In this document: in pieces, positions 8,512 through 18,450 of the stretch
Numbering within the stretch: the stretch's first letter is position 1
Layout of the letters: every line of letters begins with the position of its first letter
Assembly (NCBI GenBank): GCA_030658975.1
Contig: JAUSBL010000052.1
Location: forward strand, 42,954-106,953
From: Candidatus Latescibacterota bacterium
GTDB taxonomy: Bacteria; Krumholzibacteriota; Krumholzibacteriia; LZORAL124-64-63
Direction: 5' to 3'
DNA: 64,000 nucleotides
The notes under the pieces: generated by a model
What the model was told of the DNA's origin: nothing
What the model saw: the letters and a program-made list of their open reading frames with translations, nothing else
The model's database searches: none
Position numbers and translations under genes: made by a program

Positions 8512-10850
8512 TGTGTCCTATCGATCACCAAATAGATCGTGGCCGCACTGGCCAGGATGCTGGCGATCTCCTTCAGCGTCTCCATGCTGCCCGGACCCGT
8601 CTCGGGCTGCTTCTCCGGCACCACGATCGTCGATCCCGGCATGACGTCCGGGTCCCCCCAGACCCGCCGGATCTGCTTGGACATCCCGTTGGGATAGACG
8701 ACGTGCGTCTTCCACTTGTCGGCCTGGTGGGCGTAGCCGCCGGCGCGGGAGATGTAGTCGCCGAGGCTGTGGCCCTTCTCGTAGACGATGCTCGTGGGGA
8801 AGCCGACCGCGCCGGTGACCTTCACGGTGTAGGGGCGCGCCGGGATGCGGATGTCGTCGCCCTGCTCGAGGATGGCGTCCTGCTCGCTGCCGGGCTTATC
8901 CAGCGCCCGGTCGAGGTCGAGGGCCATGTTGCCGATGTCGTCCTTGCCGCGCACGATGCGGGCGGCGGGCGCGTAGGCCGTCGGCTTCAGGCCGCCGGCG
9001 CGGGCGATCACCGAGGAGAGCCGCTCGTCGGGACGCTCCAGCGCGTAGGTCCCGGGGTAGTACACCTCGCCCTGGAGGGTGACGATGCGCGGCAGTTCCC
9101 ACCAGGGCAGGCGCCGCACGGCGACGCGATCATGCGGTTCCAGGACGAACACGCCGCCCGACCGCAGCCAGTCCTCGCCCAGATCGACTTCGATGACCTC
9201 CACGGTGCTCGCCGGCGGCGCCGCGATGTCGCGGCTCTCGACGGCGGCGCGGCGCAGGCGCGAGACCTCGGCGTGCAGCACGTCGGCCGATTCGCGCAGG
9301 CCGCCGGCCAGCAGGATCAGGTCGCCCAGGGTCATCCCCTCGCGGAAGTCGAACTCGCCGGGCTTGCGCACTTCACCGGACATGCTCACGCGGTAGCGGT
9401 CCTGAAGGTCCCAGCGCGAGAAGACGCGCAGCTTGTCCCGGGACTGCAGCGGCGTCGGCGGCGACGCGCCCGACATGGCGTCGGCCAGGGGCACCTCGAT
9501 CGTGCGGTAGGTGAGGTCGGGATCGAGCCGCTCGATCAGGGCCCGCTCGGGCAGCGTATCGGCCCACAGGCCGCCCGCCTGGCGGACCAGGTCGGCGACC
9601 GTCATCCCCTCGCGGAACTGGTAGCGGCCGGGGTTCTTCACGTTGCCCTGGGCCTCGACCCAGTTCTCCAGGCGCTCGGGGATGCGGTCCACGCTCACGA
9701 CGTCGGCGTCGCGCAGCAGGTGCCTCATCTTCAGCAGCAGGTTCAGGTCGGACTGCACCCGGTCGGGCTGCTCGGGCCGGCGCTCGGGGAGCGGCACGAT
9801 CCGCGTGACGTGCACGACGTCGGCCACCGCCTCGGCCGTGAAGCCGCCGGCGTAGCGGATCAGGTCCAGGACGTCCTCGCCGTCCAGCAGCTCGTAGGCC
9901 TGGGGGCGGCGCACCTCCCCCTCGATGCGCACCGTGATCGTGCGGGCGGGGATCAGCACCGTGTCGCCGTCGCGCAGGACGGGGTCGTCGCCGCGGCGGC
10001 CCTCCAGCAGGTAGCGGTAGAAGTCGATCTCGGCCAGGACCTGGTTGCCGCGCAGCACCTGGATCCGCCGCAGGCTGCCCTGGGCGTTGGGGCCGCCGGC
10101 CGCGTAGACGGCCGTGAAGGCGGTCGACAGGCTGGTCAGTTCGTAGGCGCCCGGCTGGCGGGCCTCGCCCACCACGAACACGCGGATGGCGCGCAGGGCG
10201 CCCAGGCTGACGTCCACGAACGTGGTGCCCCCCTCGCCCGACGGGTCGATCCCCGAGTAGGAGCCGGCCAGCTTCTCGCGCACCGCGCGGGTCACCTGCT
10301 CCAGCGTGCGGCCGGCGCAGAGTACCTTGCCGCCCTTGGGCAGGATGATGCCGCCGTCGCGATCCACCACGCGCTCGAGGCGGAACTCGACCTCGCCGAA
10401 CACATCCACGCTGACCTGGTCCCCGGGTCCGAGCACGTAGTCGGGCGGCACGGGGCCGAAGGCCGGCGGGGCGAACACGCCCGGATCGAGGCGGAAGAAG
10501 TCGGAGCCGAACAGTGCGCCCTCGGCGGTCAGCAGCGTCTCGGCGGCGGCGGCGACGGGAACCGCGGCCATTTCCAGGTCGAAAGGCAGGATCACGCGGG
10601 GGCCGGGCGGCAGCGCGGTGCGTCCAGGCGGCAGGGTCGTGTCGACCGCCGTCGCGCCCTGCTCCTGCAGGCGCTGCCTCAGCTCCTGCTGCGTGAGGCC
10701 CGTGCGTCGCATCGCCTGCTCGAGGAGTTCGGGCGGGACGTCCTGGGCGGAGGCAGGACCGGCGAGGGCGGCCAGCACCGCCCACGCGGCCAGCAGCGAC
10801 AGCAGCGCCGGCAGGCGGCGTCGACGGAAACTCTGATGACCGAACGGCAT
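8508..10850 (-). CDS. SLBB-repeat polysaccharide export protein (Wza/KpsD/OtnA-like)
   Basis: Signal peptide; DYVLGPGDQV polysaccharide-export motif; repeated GEVxxPG.Y...AGG SLBB units. ATG 10850 with GGAG RBS. Confidence 0.9.
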   Translation of the reverse strand: MPFGHQSFRRRRLPALLSLLAAWAVLAALAGPASAQDVPPELLEQAMRRTGLTQQELRQRLQEQGATAVDTTLPPGRTALPPGPRVILPFDLEMAAVPVAAAAETLLTAEGALFGSDFFRLDPGVFAPPAFGPVPPDYVLGPGDQVSVDVFGEVEFRLERVVDRDGGIILPKGGKVLCAGRTLEQVTRAVREKLAGSYSGIDPSGEGGTTFVDVSLGALRAIRVFVVGEARQPGAYELTSLSTAFTAVYAAGGPNAQGSLRRIQVLRGNQVLAEIDFYRYLLEGRRGDDPVLRDGDTVLIPARTITVRIEGEVRRPQAYELLDGEDVLDLIRYAGGFTAEAVADVVHVTRIVPLPERRPEQPDRVQSDLNLLLKMRHLLRDADVVSVDRIPERLENWVEAQGNVKNPGRYQFREGMTVADLVRQAGGLWADTLPERALIERLDPDLTYRTIEVPLADAMSGASPPTPLQSRDKLRVFSRWDLQDRYRVSMSGEVRKPGEFDFREGMTLGDLILLAGGLRESADVLHAEVSRLRRAAVESRDIAAPPASTVEVIEVDLGEDWLRSGGVFVLEPHDRVAVRRLPWWELPRIVTLQGEVYYPGTYALERPDERLSSVIARAGGLKPTAYAPAARIVRGKDDIGNMALDLDRALDKPGSEQDAILEQGDDIRIPARPYTVKVTGAVGFPTSIVYEKGHSLGDYISRAGGYAHQADKWKTHVVYPNGMSKQIRRVWGDPDVMPGSTIVVPEKQPETGPGSMETLKEIASILASAATIYLVIDRTQ

Positions 10851-10949
10851 CGTGGTCTCTCCGTGGCGTGACAGGGGTGGCAGCCTGGTGAGGATCCGGC
10901 CGGCGGGACGAGCAGGGACCGGACACGGCTCTGGGAGTCCCACCGGGTC

Positions 10950-10977
10950 AGATTAGCATCTCAGGCGGGCACGGCAA
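10950..10977 (-). promoter_or_regulatory. Putative sigma70-type promoter for the export/wzz operon
   Basis: Minus strand TTGCCG-N16-TAATCT with extended -10 (TGC TAATCT), about 100 bp upstream of ATG 10850. Confidence 0.4.
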
Positions 10978-11080
10978 GTCTCAAGTCTCGACGCGGCGCC
11001 GGACCGAGGTTCCGTTATCGCTGACAGCCGCGGCCATGCTAGGATCCCGGCTCTCTGGTGGTCTTCGAAGGGGCATCCAA

Positions 11081-13036
11081 GTGTGCGGTCTGGCAGGCAT
11101 CCTGACACGGAACCCCGGTCCCGACGACGAGGTCGGGCTGGAGCGGATGACCGCGACGCTCGCCCACCGCGGCCCCGACGGCTCCGGTCTCTGGCGGGAC
11201 GCCGAAGCGGGCATCCACCTGGGACACCGCCGTTTGGCCGTCATCGACCTCACCGAGGAGGGCCGCCAGCCGATGATCTCGGCCGGCGGCCGTTACGTGA
11301 TCGTCTTCAACGGCGAGATCTACAACCACCCGGAGCTGGGCCGCGAGCTCGCTGATCTCGGGCACGCCTTCCGCGGCACCTCGGACACCGAGATCCTGCT
11401 GGCGGCCATGGATCAGTGGGGGCTCGACGCGACGCTGGCCCGCTGCGTGGGGATGTTCGCCTTCGCCCTGTGGGACCGGCGCGAGCGCGTCCTCGCCCTG
11501 GCGCGCGACCGCCTCGGCGAGAAGCCGCTCTACTACGGCTGGACGGGTTCCTCATTCCTGTTCGGCTCGGAACTGAAGGCGCTGCGGGCGCATCCCGCCT
11601 GGCGCGGCGAGATCGACCGCGACGCCCTGGCCGGCTTCATGCGCTACAGCGCCGTGCCCGCGCCGGCTTCGATCTACCGCAACGTCCGCCGGCTGCTGCC
11701 CGGCTCGTACCTCACCGTCGACGAGAAGACGGCTCCCGGCACGCTCCCGGATCCCGTTATCTACTGGTCGGTCGGCGGGGCGACCGCCGCCGGCCGCGCC
11801 GCGCCGTTCGCGGGCGGGGAGCCCGAGGCCGCAGAGCAGCTGGACGACCTGCTGCGCCGCGCGATCCGGGGCCAGATGCTCGCCGACGTGCCGATCGGCT
11901 CCTTCCTGTCCGGCGGCATCGACTCCTCGGCGATCACCGCCATCATGCAGTCGCTGAGCCCGCGGCCCGTGCGCACGTTCTGCGTCGGCTACCAGGAGGC
12001 CGGCTATGACGAGTCGGCGTCGGCGACCGCCGTGGCCCGCCACCTCGGCACCGACCACCTCAACCTGATGGTGACGCCGCAGGAAGCCCGCGAGGTCATC
12101 CCCGACCTGCCGCGGATCTGGGACGAGCCCTTCGCCGACTCCTCGCAGATCCCGACCTACCTGGTGTCGCGCCTGACCCGCGCGCACGTCACCGTGGGCC
12201 TGACCGGCGACGGCGGCGACGAGGTCTTCGGCGGCTACAACCGCCACCTCTGGGGCCGACGGATCTGGCGCCGCATGTCGCGCTACCGGCTGCCCGTGCG
12301 CCGGGCGGCCGCCGCCGTCCTGGGCGGACCGTCGCCCCGCGCCTGGAACGCCCTGTTCAGCGCCGGCGGCACAGTGCTGCCGCCCTCGCTGCGGCTGCGC
12401 CTGCCGGGCGAGAAGATCCACAAGCTCGCCGGCGTCCTGGACGCCGACGGCTACCAGGACATGTACCAGCGGCTCATCGCGACCTGGCGCCACCCGGCCG
12501 AGGTCGTGATCGGCAGCCGCTTCGCGGACCTGCCGTCGATCATCCCGGCGGCCGACCCGGCCATGGACATCGCCGAGTACATGATGGTCAACGACATGCG
12601 GACCTACCTGGCGAACGACATCCTGGTGAAGCTCGACCGCGCGGGCATGGCCGTGAGCCTGGAGACCCGCACACCCTACCTCGACCATCGCGTGATCGAG
12701 TTCGCCCTGTCGCTGCCTTTGCCGATGAAGATCCGGGACGATGTCGGCAAGCGGATCCTGCGGCAGGTGCTGCACCGCTACGTGCCCGACGAACTCGTGA
12801 ACCGTCCCAAGATGGGCTTCGGGGTCCCCATCGACGACTGGCTGCGCGGTCCGCTGCGTCCCTGGGCCGAGGACCTGCTGTCGGAATCGCGATTGCGCGC
12901 CGATGGTTACCTCGACCCGGCCCCGATCCGCGCGCTGTGGCAGGAGCACCTCTCGCGTCGCAAGAACCGGCACCACTGCCTCTGGAACGTGCTGATGTTC
13001 CAGGCCTGGCTCGACCACTGGCACCGAAAGGCCTGA
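11081..13036 (+). CDS. asnB: Asparagine synthase (glutamine-hydrolysing)-family amidotransferase, probably acting on polysaccharide
   Basis: GTG-CGLAG N-terminal nucleophile Cys, HRGPD, LGHRRLAVID, FNGEIYNH, LSGGIDSS, GDGGDEVFGGY, RPKMGF. Confidence 0.95.
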   Translation: MCGLAGILTRNPGPDDEVGLERMTATLAHRGPDGSGLWRDAEAGIHLGHRRLAVIDLTEEGRQPMISAGGRYVIVFNGEIYNHPELGRELADLGHAFRGTSDTEILLAAMDQWGLDATLARCVGMFAFALWDRRERVLALARDRLGEKPLYYGWTGSSFLFGSELKALRAHPAWRGEIDRDALAGFMRYSAVPAPASIYRNVRRLLPGSYLTVDEKTAPGTLPDPVIYWSVGGATAAGRAAPFAGGEPEAAEQLDDLLRRAIRGQMLADVPIGSFLSGGIDSSAITAIMQSLSPRPVRTFCVGYQEAGYDESASATAVARHLGTDHLNLMVTPQEAREVIPDLPRIWDEPFADSSQIPTYLVSRLTRAHVTVGLTGDGGDEVFGGYNRHLWGRRIWRRMSRYRLPVRRAAAAVLGGPSPRAWNALFSAGGTVLPPSLRLRLPGEKIHKLAGVLDADGYQDMYQRLIATWRHPAEVVIGSRFADLPSIIPAADPAMDIAEYMMVNDMRTYLANDILVKLDRAGMAVSLETRTPYLDHRVIEFALSLPLPMKIRDDVGKRILRQVLHRYVPDELVNRPKMGFGVPIDDWLRGPLRPWAEDLLSESRLRADGYLDPAPIRALWQEHLSRRKNRHHCLWNVLMFQAWLDHWHRKA

Positions 13037-13042
13037 CGAGCG

Positions 13043-14101
13043 ATGCACCCCGTCCTACCCGCGCTCCTGCTTTCAGCAGCGGCCGGCCTCGTGTTCACGC
13101 CGTGGCTCGTCGGCCAGTTGCGACGCGCCAGCGTGATGGACGTCCCCAACGAGCGCAGCAGCCACGCGCGGCCGGTGCCGGTCGGCGGCGGCATCGGCAT
13201 CCTGGTCCCCTGGCTGCTGGGCATGGGCGTCGCCGCCGTTGCGGGCGTGTTCCCCGCTCCCGGATTCCCGGCGGCGCTGGTCGCGGGTGCGATCGTCCTG
13301 GCCGTGCTCGGCTTCGCGGACGATCTGCGGGGCTTGCCGCCCCTGCAGCGGCTGGCGGTCGAGTCGGTGGTGGCGGCGGTCTGCCTGAAAGCCGGCGGAT
13401 TGCCGGTCGTCACGATCGCGTTGCCTGGCCTCGCCCCGGTGGCCGCCGGCGCGTTCGGCTGGTTCGTGGCTTGGGTGTTCGTCGTGGGCTTCACGAACAT
13501 GTTCAACTTCATGGACGGCATCGACGGTCTGGCGGGCTTCCAGGCCCTGCTGGGCGCCGGCGCGCTGGCGATCTGGGCGGCGCTGGCCGGCGATACCACC
13601 CTGGCGGTCTCGGCGGCCCTGCTCGCCGGCGCCGCGGTGGGCTTCCTGCGGGCGAACTACCCGCGGGCGCGGGTCTTCATGGGCGATGTCGGCAGCCTGC
13701 CGCTGGGCTTCCTGCTGGCCATGGGCGTGCTGCGGGTCCACGCGGGCGCCGACCGCACGGGCCCCACGCCGCTGTGGCTGCCGCTGCTGTTCATCTGGCC
13801 CTTCCTGAGCGACGCGACCTACACGCTGTTCAACCGCGCCATCCACGGGCGCAACCCGTTCCGCCCGCACCGCAGCCACGTCTACCAGCGGCTGGTGGTC
13901 GCGGGGCAGAGCCACGCGCGCGTCACGCTGCTCTACGCGGCGGCCATGGCCGTCTGCATCGCGGCCGCCTTCGCCTGCCGGGCGAACCCCGGTCTCGGCC
14001 CGTTCGTGTTCTGGGGAATCGCCGCGTTGACGCTGGTGCTGTTCGTCGCGATCGTCAGCAGGGTGCGGGCCGCCACGACGCGACGCGCCGACGACAGCTG
14101 A
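13043..14101 (+). CDS. Undecaprenyl-phosphate HexNAc-1-phosphate transferase (MraY/WecA family, WbpL-like)
   Basis: DVPNERSSHARPVPVGGG, GFADD, NMFNFMDGIDGLA, FMGDVGS, HRSHVYQRL. Confidence 0.92.
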   Translation: MHPVLPALLLSAAAGLVFTPWLVGQLRRASVMDVPNERSSHARPVPVGGGIGILVPWLLGMGVAAVAGVFPAPGFPAALVAGAIVLAVLGFADDLRGLPPLQRLAVESVVAAVCLKAGGLPVVTIALPGLAPVAAGAFGWFVAWVFVVGFTNMFNFMDGIDGLAGFQALLGAGALAIWAALAGDTTLAVSAALLAGAAVGFLRANYPRARVFMGDVGSLPLGFLLAMGVLRVHAGADRTGPTPLWLPLLFIWPFLSDATYTLFNRAIHGRNPFRPHRSHVYQRLVVAGQSHARVTLLYAAAMAVCIAAAFACRANPGLGPFVFWGIAALTLVLFVAIVSRVRAATTRRADDS

Positions 14102-14102
14102 A

Positions 14103-15092
14103 CTAGCCGATCTGCGGGCGGCCGCCCGTGTCCCGATACCACCGGCCCATCCTCGCCAACCCCTCGGCCGCCGTCACCGGCGGCGTCCAGCCCAGGACCT
14201 CGCGCACCGTCGTGGAATCGACCTGCAGCGAACCGGTGAGTCGGTCCAGGGCCGCGCTCCGGCCGAGCGGCGACGCCAGGGTGCGCAGCAGGCCGTGAGG
14301 CGCCGGCACCAGGAGCGCCGGTCGGCCCAGGCCCGCCGCGAGGGCGCGGATCAGTTGCGCGGTCGAGAGATCCTCGCCGTCGCCGGCTGTGAAGGTCCGG
14401 CCCGCCGCCGCCGGATGCGCGGCGCACAGAGCCAGCAGATCCGCCAGGTTGTCCGCCGCGATCAGGGTGCGCCGGTTGCGCACGCCGGCGAAGGGCAGGG
14501 GAACGCCGCGATTCACCAACCTCAACAGCCGCAACAGGTTGCCGCCGACGCCGGGTCCGTGCACCAGGGGCGGCCGCACCGCGACCGTCTCCAGTCCCGC
14601 GCCCGCGCCCACCGCGGCCAGGACCTGTTCGGCCTCCCATTTCGAGACGCCGTAGGCGTCGCGCGGATCGGGCGCGTCGCGCTCGCAGAACGGCGCGCGG
14701 CCGGTCGTGCTCTCGCCGTTCACCTTGATGGAGCTGACGAAGACCAGGCGCCGCACGCCGCTCGCGACCGCCGCCTCCGCCAGCCTTCGCGTGCCGCGGA
14801 CGTTGACCTCGCGGAACGCCTCCAGCGGATCGGCGGCCTTCTCGTCCATGACGTGGACGCGAGCGGCCAGGTGGATCACGGCCTCGGCCCCGGCCAGGGC
14901 CGCGGACCAGTCCGTCGCCGGCCCGATGTCGCCGACGACGACCGGCGGCAGCGTCCCGCGGATCAGCTCGCGGGCTCGCACTGCGCAGGCTTCGTCGCGC
15001 GCCGCCGGCCGCACCTCGCAGCCGCGGGCGCGCAGGGCGCGGCAGACGTGCCTGCCGACGAATCCGTCGGCCCCGGTGACCGCGACGAGCAT
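14103..15092 (-). CDS. NAD-dependent epimerase/4-reductase (WbpK/WbpV-like SDR)
   Basis: VTGADGFVG Rossmann motif, HLAARVHVM, SSIKVNGE, YGVSK (YxxxK), RPPLVHGPGV. Confidence 0.9.
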   Translation of the reverse strand: MLVAVTGADGFVGRHVCRALRARGCEVRPAARDEACAVRARELIRGTLPPVVVGDIGPATDWSAALAGAEAVIHLAARVHVMDEKAADPLEAFREVNVRGTRRLAEAAVASGVRRLVFVSSIKVNGESTTGRAPFCERDAPDPRDAYGVSKWEAEQVLAAVGAGAGLETVAVRPPLVHGPGVGGNLLRLLRLVNRGVPLPFAGVRNRRTLIAADNLADLLALCAAHPAAAGRTFTAGDGEDLSTAQLIRALAAGLGRPALLVPAPHGLLRTLASPLGRSAALDRLTGSLQVDSTTVREVLGWTPPVTAAEGLARMGRWYRDTGGRPQIG

Positions 15093-16240
15093 CAGGCGTC
15101 CTTCCCGAGCAGTTCGGCGTAGAGCGCCATGGTGGCCGCGACGACGATCTCCTCGGCGAACTCGTCCACCGCCAGGCGGCGCGAGGCGGCGCCCATGGCG
15201 CGGCGCAGCGCGGGGTCGTCGGCCAGGCGCTCGATCGCCGCCGCGATCGGCGCCGCGCTGCGCGCCGGCACGAGCAGCCCGTTCACGCCGTCGCGGCAGA
15301 TCTCGCGGCAGCCCGGCACGTCGGCGGCGACGATCGGCAGGCCGCAGGCCGCCGCCTCGAGCAGCGATTTAGGCAACCCCTCGCGGTAGGAAGGCAACAG
15401 CGCGACGTGGCACGAGCGCAGCAGGGCCGTCACGTCCTGCACGTGGCCGAGCACCTCCACGACGCCCTCGGCCGCCCAGGCGTCCAGCTGCTCCTGCGCG
15501 ATGGCGGCGGGATTCTCGGGGTCGCCGCGCCCGGCCAGCAAAATCCTGATGTCGTCGCGACGTGCGCGCAGCAGGCGGGCCGCGGCGACGGTCTCGTGGA
15601 TCCCCTTGTCGGCCAGCATGCGCGCCACGAGCACGACCCGCAGCGGCCCCGCGGGTTCCGTCGCCGCGGGAGTGAGGGCGCTCACGTCGACGCCCGCGCC
15701 GCGGATCGTCGCCACCGCTGCGGCGGGCACGCCGATGCGGTCGCGGAAGAAGGCCGCGTCGTCGGCGTTCTGGACGATCAGCCGCGTGCGCCGGCCGCGC
15801 AGCAGGACACGCAGGGCCAGGGTGATGGGGCCGCTCAGCAGGCGCGCCTTCGCGCTCGACGACGTGAAGACGAAACCCAGGCCTGCCATCGCGTTCACGA
15901 CGCAGGGCACGCGGGCCGCGCGGGCCGCGAGCGTGCCGAAGATCACGGACTTGGGCGTGACGTGGTGGACGAGGTCGGGACGCAGGCGGCGGTAGACGCC
16001 GATCAGCTCACGCAGTCCCGCGAGTTCCTGGAGCGGGCCGCGGAAGCCGCGCCGCTGCTTGATGGGGACGAGCTCGGCGCCCGTCGCCAGGATGGGCCCG
16101 GCGTGATCGGCCACCCGCGTCGCGACGATGACCTCGTGGCCCGCCGCCGCCGCTCCCCGCAGCAGCGGCAGGCGGTGCGAGCAGACGTACCAGTCCTCAG
16201 GGATGAGGAAGAGGATCCGCGCGCGCCTCGGCTCACTCAT
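15092..16240 (-). CDS. GT4 glycosyltransferase (CapM-like)
   Basis: EDWYVCSHRLPL, DLVHHVTPK, GLGFVF, ARMLADKG, PSYREGLPKSLLEAAACG. Start ATG 16240. Confidence 0.9.
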   Translation of the reverse strand: MSEPRRARILFLIPEDWYVCSHRLPLLRGAAAAGHEVIVATRVADHAGPILATGAELVPIKQRRGFRGPLQELAGLRELIGVYRRLRPDLVHHVTPKSVIFGTLAARAARVPCVVNAMAGLGFVFTSSSAKARLLSGPITLALRVLLRGRRTRLIVQNADDAAFFRDRIGVPAAAVATIRGAGVDVSALTPAATEPAGPLRVVLVARMLADKGIHETVAAARLLRARRDDIRILLAGRGDPENPAAIAQEQLDAWAAEGVVEVLGHVQDVTALLRSCHVALLPSYREGLPKSLLEAAACGLPIVAADVPGCREICRDGVNGLLVPARSAAPIAAAIERLADDPALRRAMGAASRRLAVDEFAEEIVVAATMALYAELLGKDA

Positions 16241-17426
16241 GCACACCACCGTGTCGGCCACCGCCGGGACGACCACCGCCGGCCATGGCTTCGCGGCACA
16301 GTTCCTCCCAGCGGTCGAGCACCGCCTCGACGCCGTGACGGCGCCGCATCCGCGCCCGCGCGCGTTCACCCATGGTCCGCCGCGCCGCCGCATCCAGTCC
16401 CATCACCTGCGCCATGGCCCCCGCGAGCGCCGCGGCGTCGCGGGCCGGGACCATGAGGCCGCAGTCGCCCTCGCCCAGCAGCTCGGCCATGCCGCCGACG
16501 TTCGTGGCGACGATGGGCAGGGCCGCCGCCATGGCCTCGATGACCGTGTTGGGCATGCCCTCGATGACCGACGACAGCACGTACGCGTCGCACGCCTGCA
16601 GGAGATCCATGACGTCCGTGCGCTTGCCGAGCACCCGGATGCGGTCCGCGGCCGGGCTGGTCCGCGCCAGTTCCCGGACCTCGGCGTCCAGCGAGCCGTA
16701 GCCGACCAGCACCAGCTTCGCCTCCGGATGCCGGGCCGCCAGTTCGCCGAAGGCCGCGAACAGGTTCGGGTAGTCCTTCTGGCTCTCGAAACGGCCGACC
16801 GCCAACCAGAGCAGATCCTGCTCCCCGCCGCCCATCTCGGCGCGCAGCGCCGCGCGCCGCGCCGGCCCGATCGTCTCGCCGGGGACGAGGGCCGCGTTGA
16901 GCACCACGCGCAGCCGCTCCCGCGGCACGATGCCGCGCCGCACGAGGCTCTCCCCGACGAGTTCCGAATTCGTGGAGGTGATGGGCGCTAGGGGCGCCGT
17001 CGCGGCCTCGAGACGCTCCCGCAGGCGGCCGCCGAAAAACTCCGTGCCGATCGACGGCACGATCGCCTTCACGCCGGCGAGGCGGCCCACGATCTTGGCC
17101 AGCACGTTGGCGTGGTAGTTGAACGCGACCAGGACACCAGGCCGGTGCCGGCGCAGCTCGCGGTAGAGGCGGACGACGGCGGACGGCAGCGTCGCCCATC
17201 CCCGCAGCCCGAGGTCGAGCACGGGGATGCCGGCCGCGGCGAGTTCGCGGCCGAAGGCGCGCGGCGGCAGCAGCGACAGCATGCGCACGCGCCGGCCGCG
17301 CTCCGCGAGCCCCATCGCCATGCGGACCGCCTGGACCTCGGCGCCGCCGAGGTCGAGGTTCGTGATCAGCACGGTGACGGACCGCTGCGGTCGCCGGTTG
17401 TCCTCAACGCCTGCCACGGGCCACAT
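16233..17426 (-). CDS. GT4 glycosyltransferase
   Basis: ITNLDLGGAE, VGRFESQKD, SSVIEGMPNTVIEAMAAALPIVAT. Exact start uncertain. Confidence 0.9.
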   Translation of the reverse strand: MWPVAGVEDNRRPQRSVTVLITNLDLGGAEVQAVRMAMGLAERGRRVRMLSLLPPRAFGRELAAAGIPVLDLGLRGWATLPSAVVRLYRELRRHRPGVLVAFNYHANVLAKIVGRLAGVKAIVPSIGTEFFGGRLRERLEAATAPLAPITSTNSELVGESLVRRGIVPRERLRVVLNAALVPGETIGPARRAALRAEMGGGEQDLLWLAVGRFESQKDYPNLFAAFGELAARHPEAKLVLVGYGSLDAEVRELARTSPAADRIRVLGKRTDVMDLLQACDAYVLSSVIEGMPNTVIEAMAAALPIVATNVGGMAELLGEGDCGLMVPARDAAALAGAMAQVMGLDAAARRTMGERARARMRRRHGVEAVLDRWEELCREAMAGGGRPGGGRHGGVHE

Positions 17427-18450
17427 CCTCCAGCAGTCCGGCCAGCCGCGGCGCCAGCGCGGCCACGCTGTAGCCGGCCGTCACCAGATCGGTTCCGGCG
17501 CGCCCCATGCGCCGCCTGAGTGCCGCATCGTCGACTAGGGTGATCAGGGCGTCGGCCCACGCCTCGTCCGTCGCCGCCCCGTAACCCACCTCGGCCTGGG
17601 CGAGGACCTGCGCGTTCATGCCCACGGGCGACACCACGACCGGCGCGCCGCAGGCGAGGTAGAGCAGCATCTTGTACGAACACTTGCCCCGCGTCCAGTC
17701 GTCGTCGGTCAGCGGCATGAGACCCACGTCCAGGCGCTGGAAGAAGCCGACCTCCGTCGCGGGCCGCCAGGGTTCGTAATCGACGCGATCGGCCGGCACG
17801 ACGACGAAGCGCGGCGGGGCGTCGGAACAGACGGCCAGACGGCAGCGCGGGCGCTCCCGCAGCACGCGCGCCAGCGCCCCCTCGATCCCCGTCAGAAACG
17901 CCAGGTTCGACGAGGTGCCGCTCCACCCGATGACGACAGGCCCGTCATCGTCCGCGGCGCCGGCGACTTCGCGGGGCCGGAAGCGATCCGTGTCGACGGC
18001 GGTCGGCAGCACCTCCACGCGCCGGGCGTGGGGCGCGAACCAGTCGGCGACATGGTCGTTGCCCGCGATCACCAGCTCGCACGCGCGCGCGATCCGGGCC
18101 GCGAAACCGCCGCCCCGCCGCATCCAGATGGCGTCGTCCACGTCGAGCACCCGCGGCCGGCGCGTGAGCCCCTCCAGGGTGGCCAGGGTGGAGACCAGTT
18201 CGCGCTGCAGCAGGGTCACGTCCGCCGTCCAGGTCGCCGCCAGCGACGGCAGGCGGGCGGCCGCCGTGGCCGGCAGCCAGAGCGGGCGCAGGACCGGGCT
18301 GCGCGGCGGGTAGTTGGAGATCGGCGCCGGCAGCCAGCGCAGGTCCACTCCCAGCGCGCGCAGCGGCGCGACGAACTGCCCGACCCGGAAGCGCGCGCTC
18401 GGCACGCGGACGTCGCCGGTCAGGGCCGACACGCGCAGCGGGTCACGCAC
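17404..18450 (-). CDS. GT4 glycosyltransferase
   Basis: PSARFRV, LDVDDAIW, IGWSGTSSN, DVGLMPL...RGKCSYKMLLYLACGAPVVVSPVG. Confidence 0.88.
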   Translation of the reverse strand: MRDPLRVSALTGDVRVPSARFRVGQFVAPLRALGVDLRWLPAPISNYPPRSPVLRPLWLPATAAARLPSLAATWTADVTLLQRELVSTLATLEGLTRRPRVLDVDDAIWMRRGGGFAARIARACELVIAGNDHVADWFAPHARRVEVLPTAVDTDRFRPREVAGAADDDGPVVIGWSGTSSNLAFLTGIEGALARVLRERPRCRLAVCSDAPPRFVVVPADRVDYEPWRPATEVGFFQRLDVGLMPLTDDDWTRGKCSYKMLLYLACGAPVVVSPVGMNAQVLAQAEVGYGAATDEAWADALITLVDDAALRRRMGRAGTDLVTAGYSVAALAPRLAGLLEDVARGRR

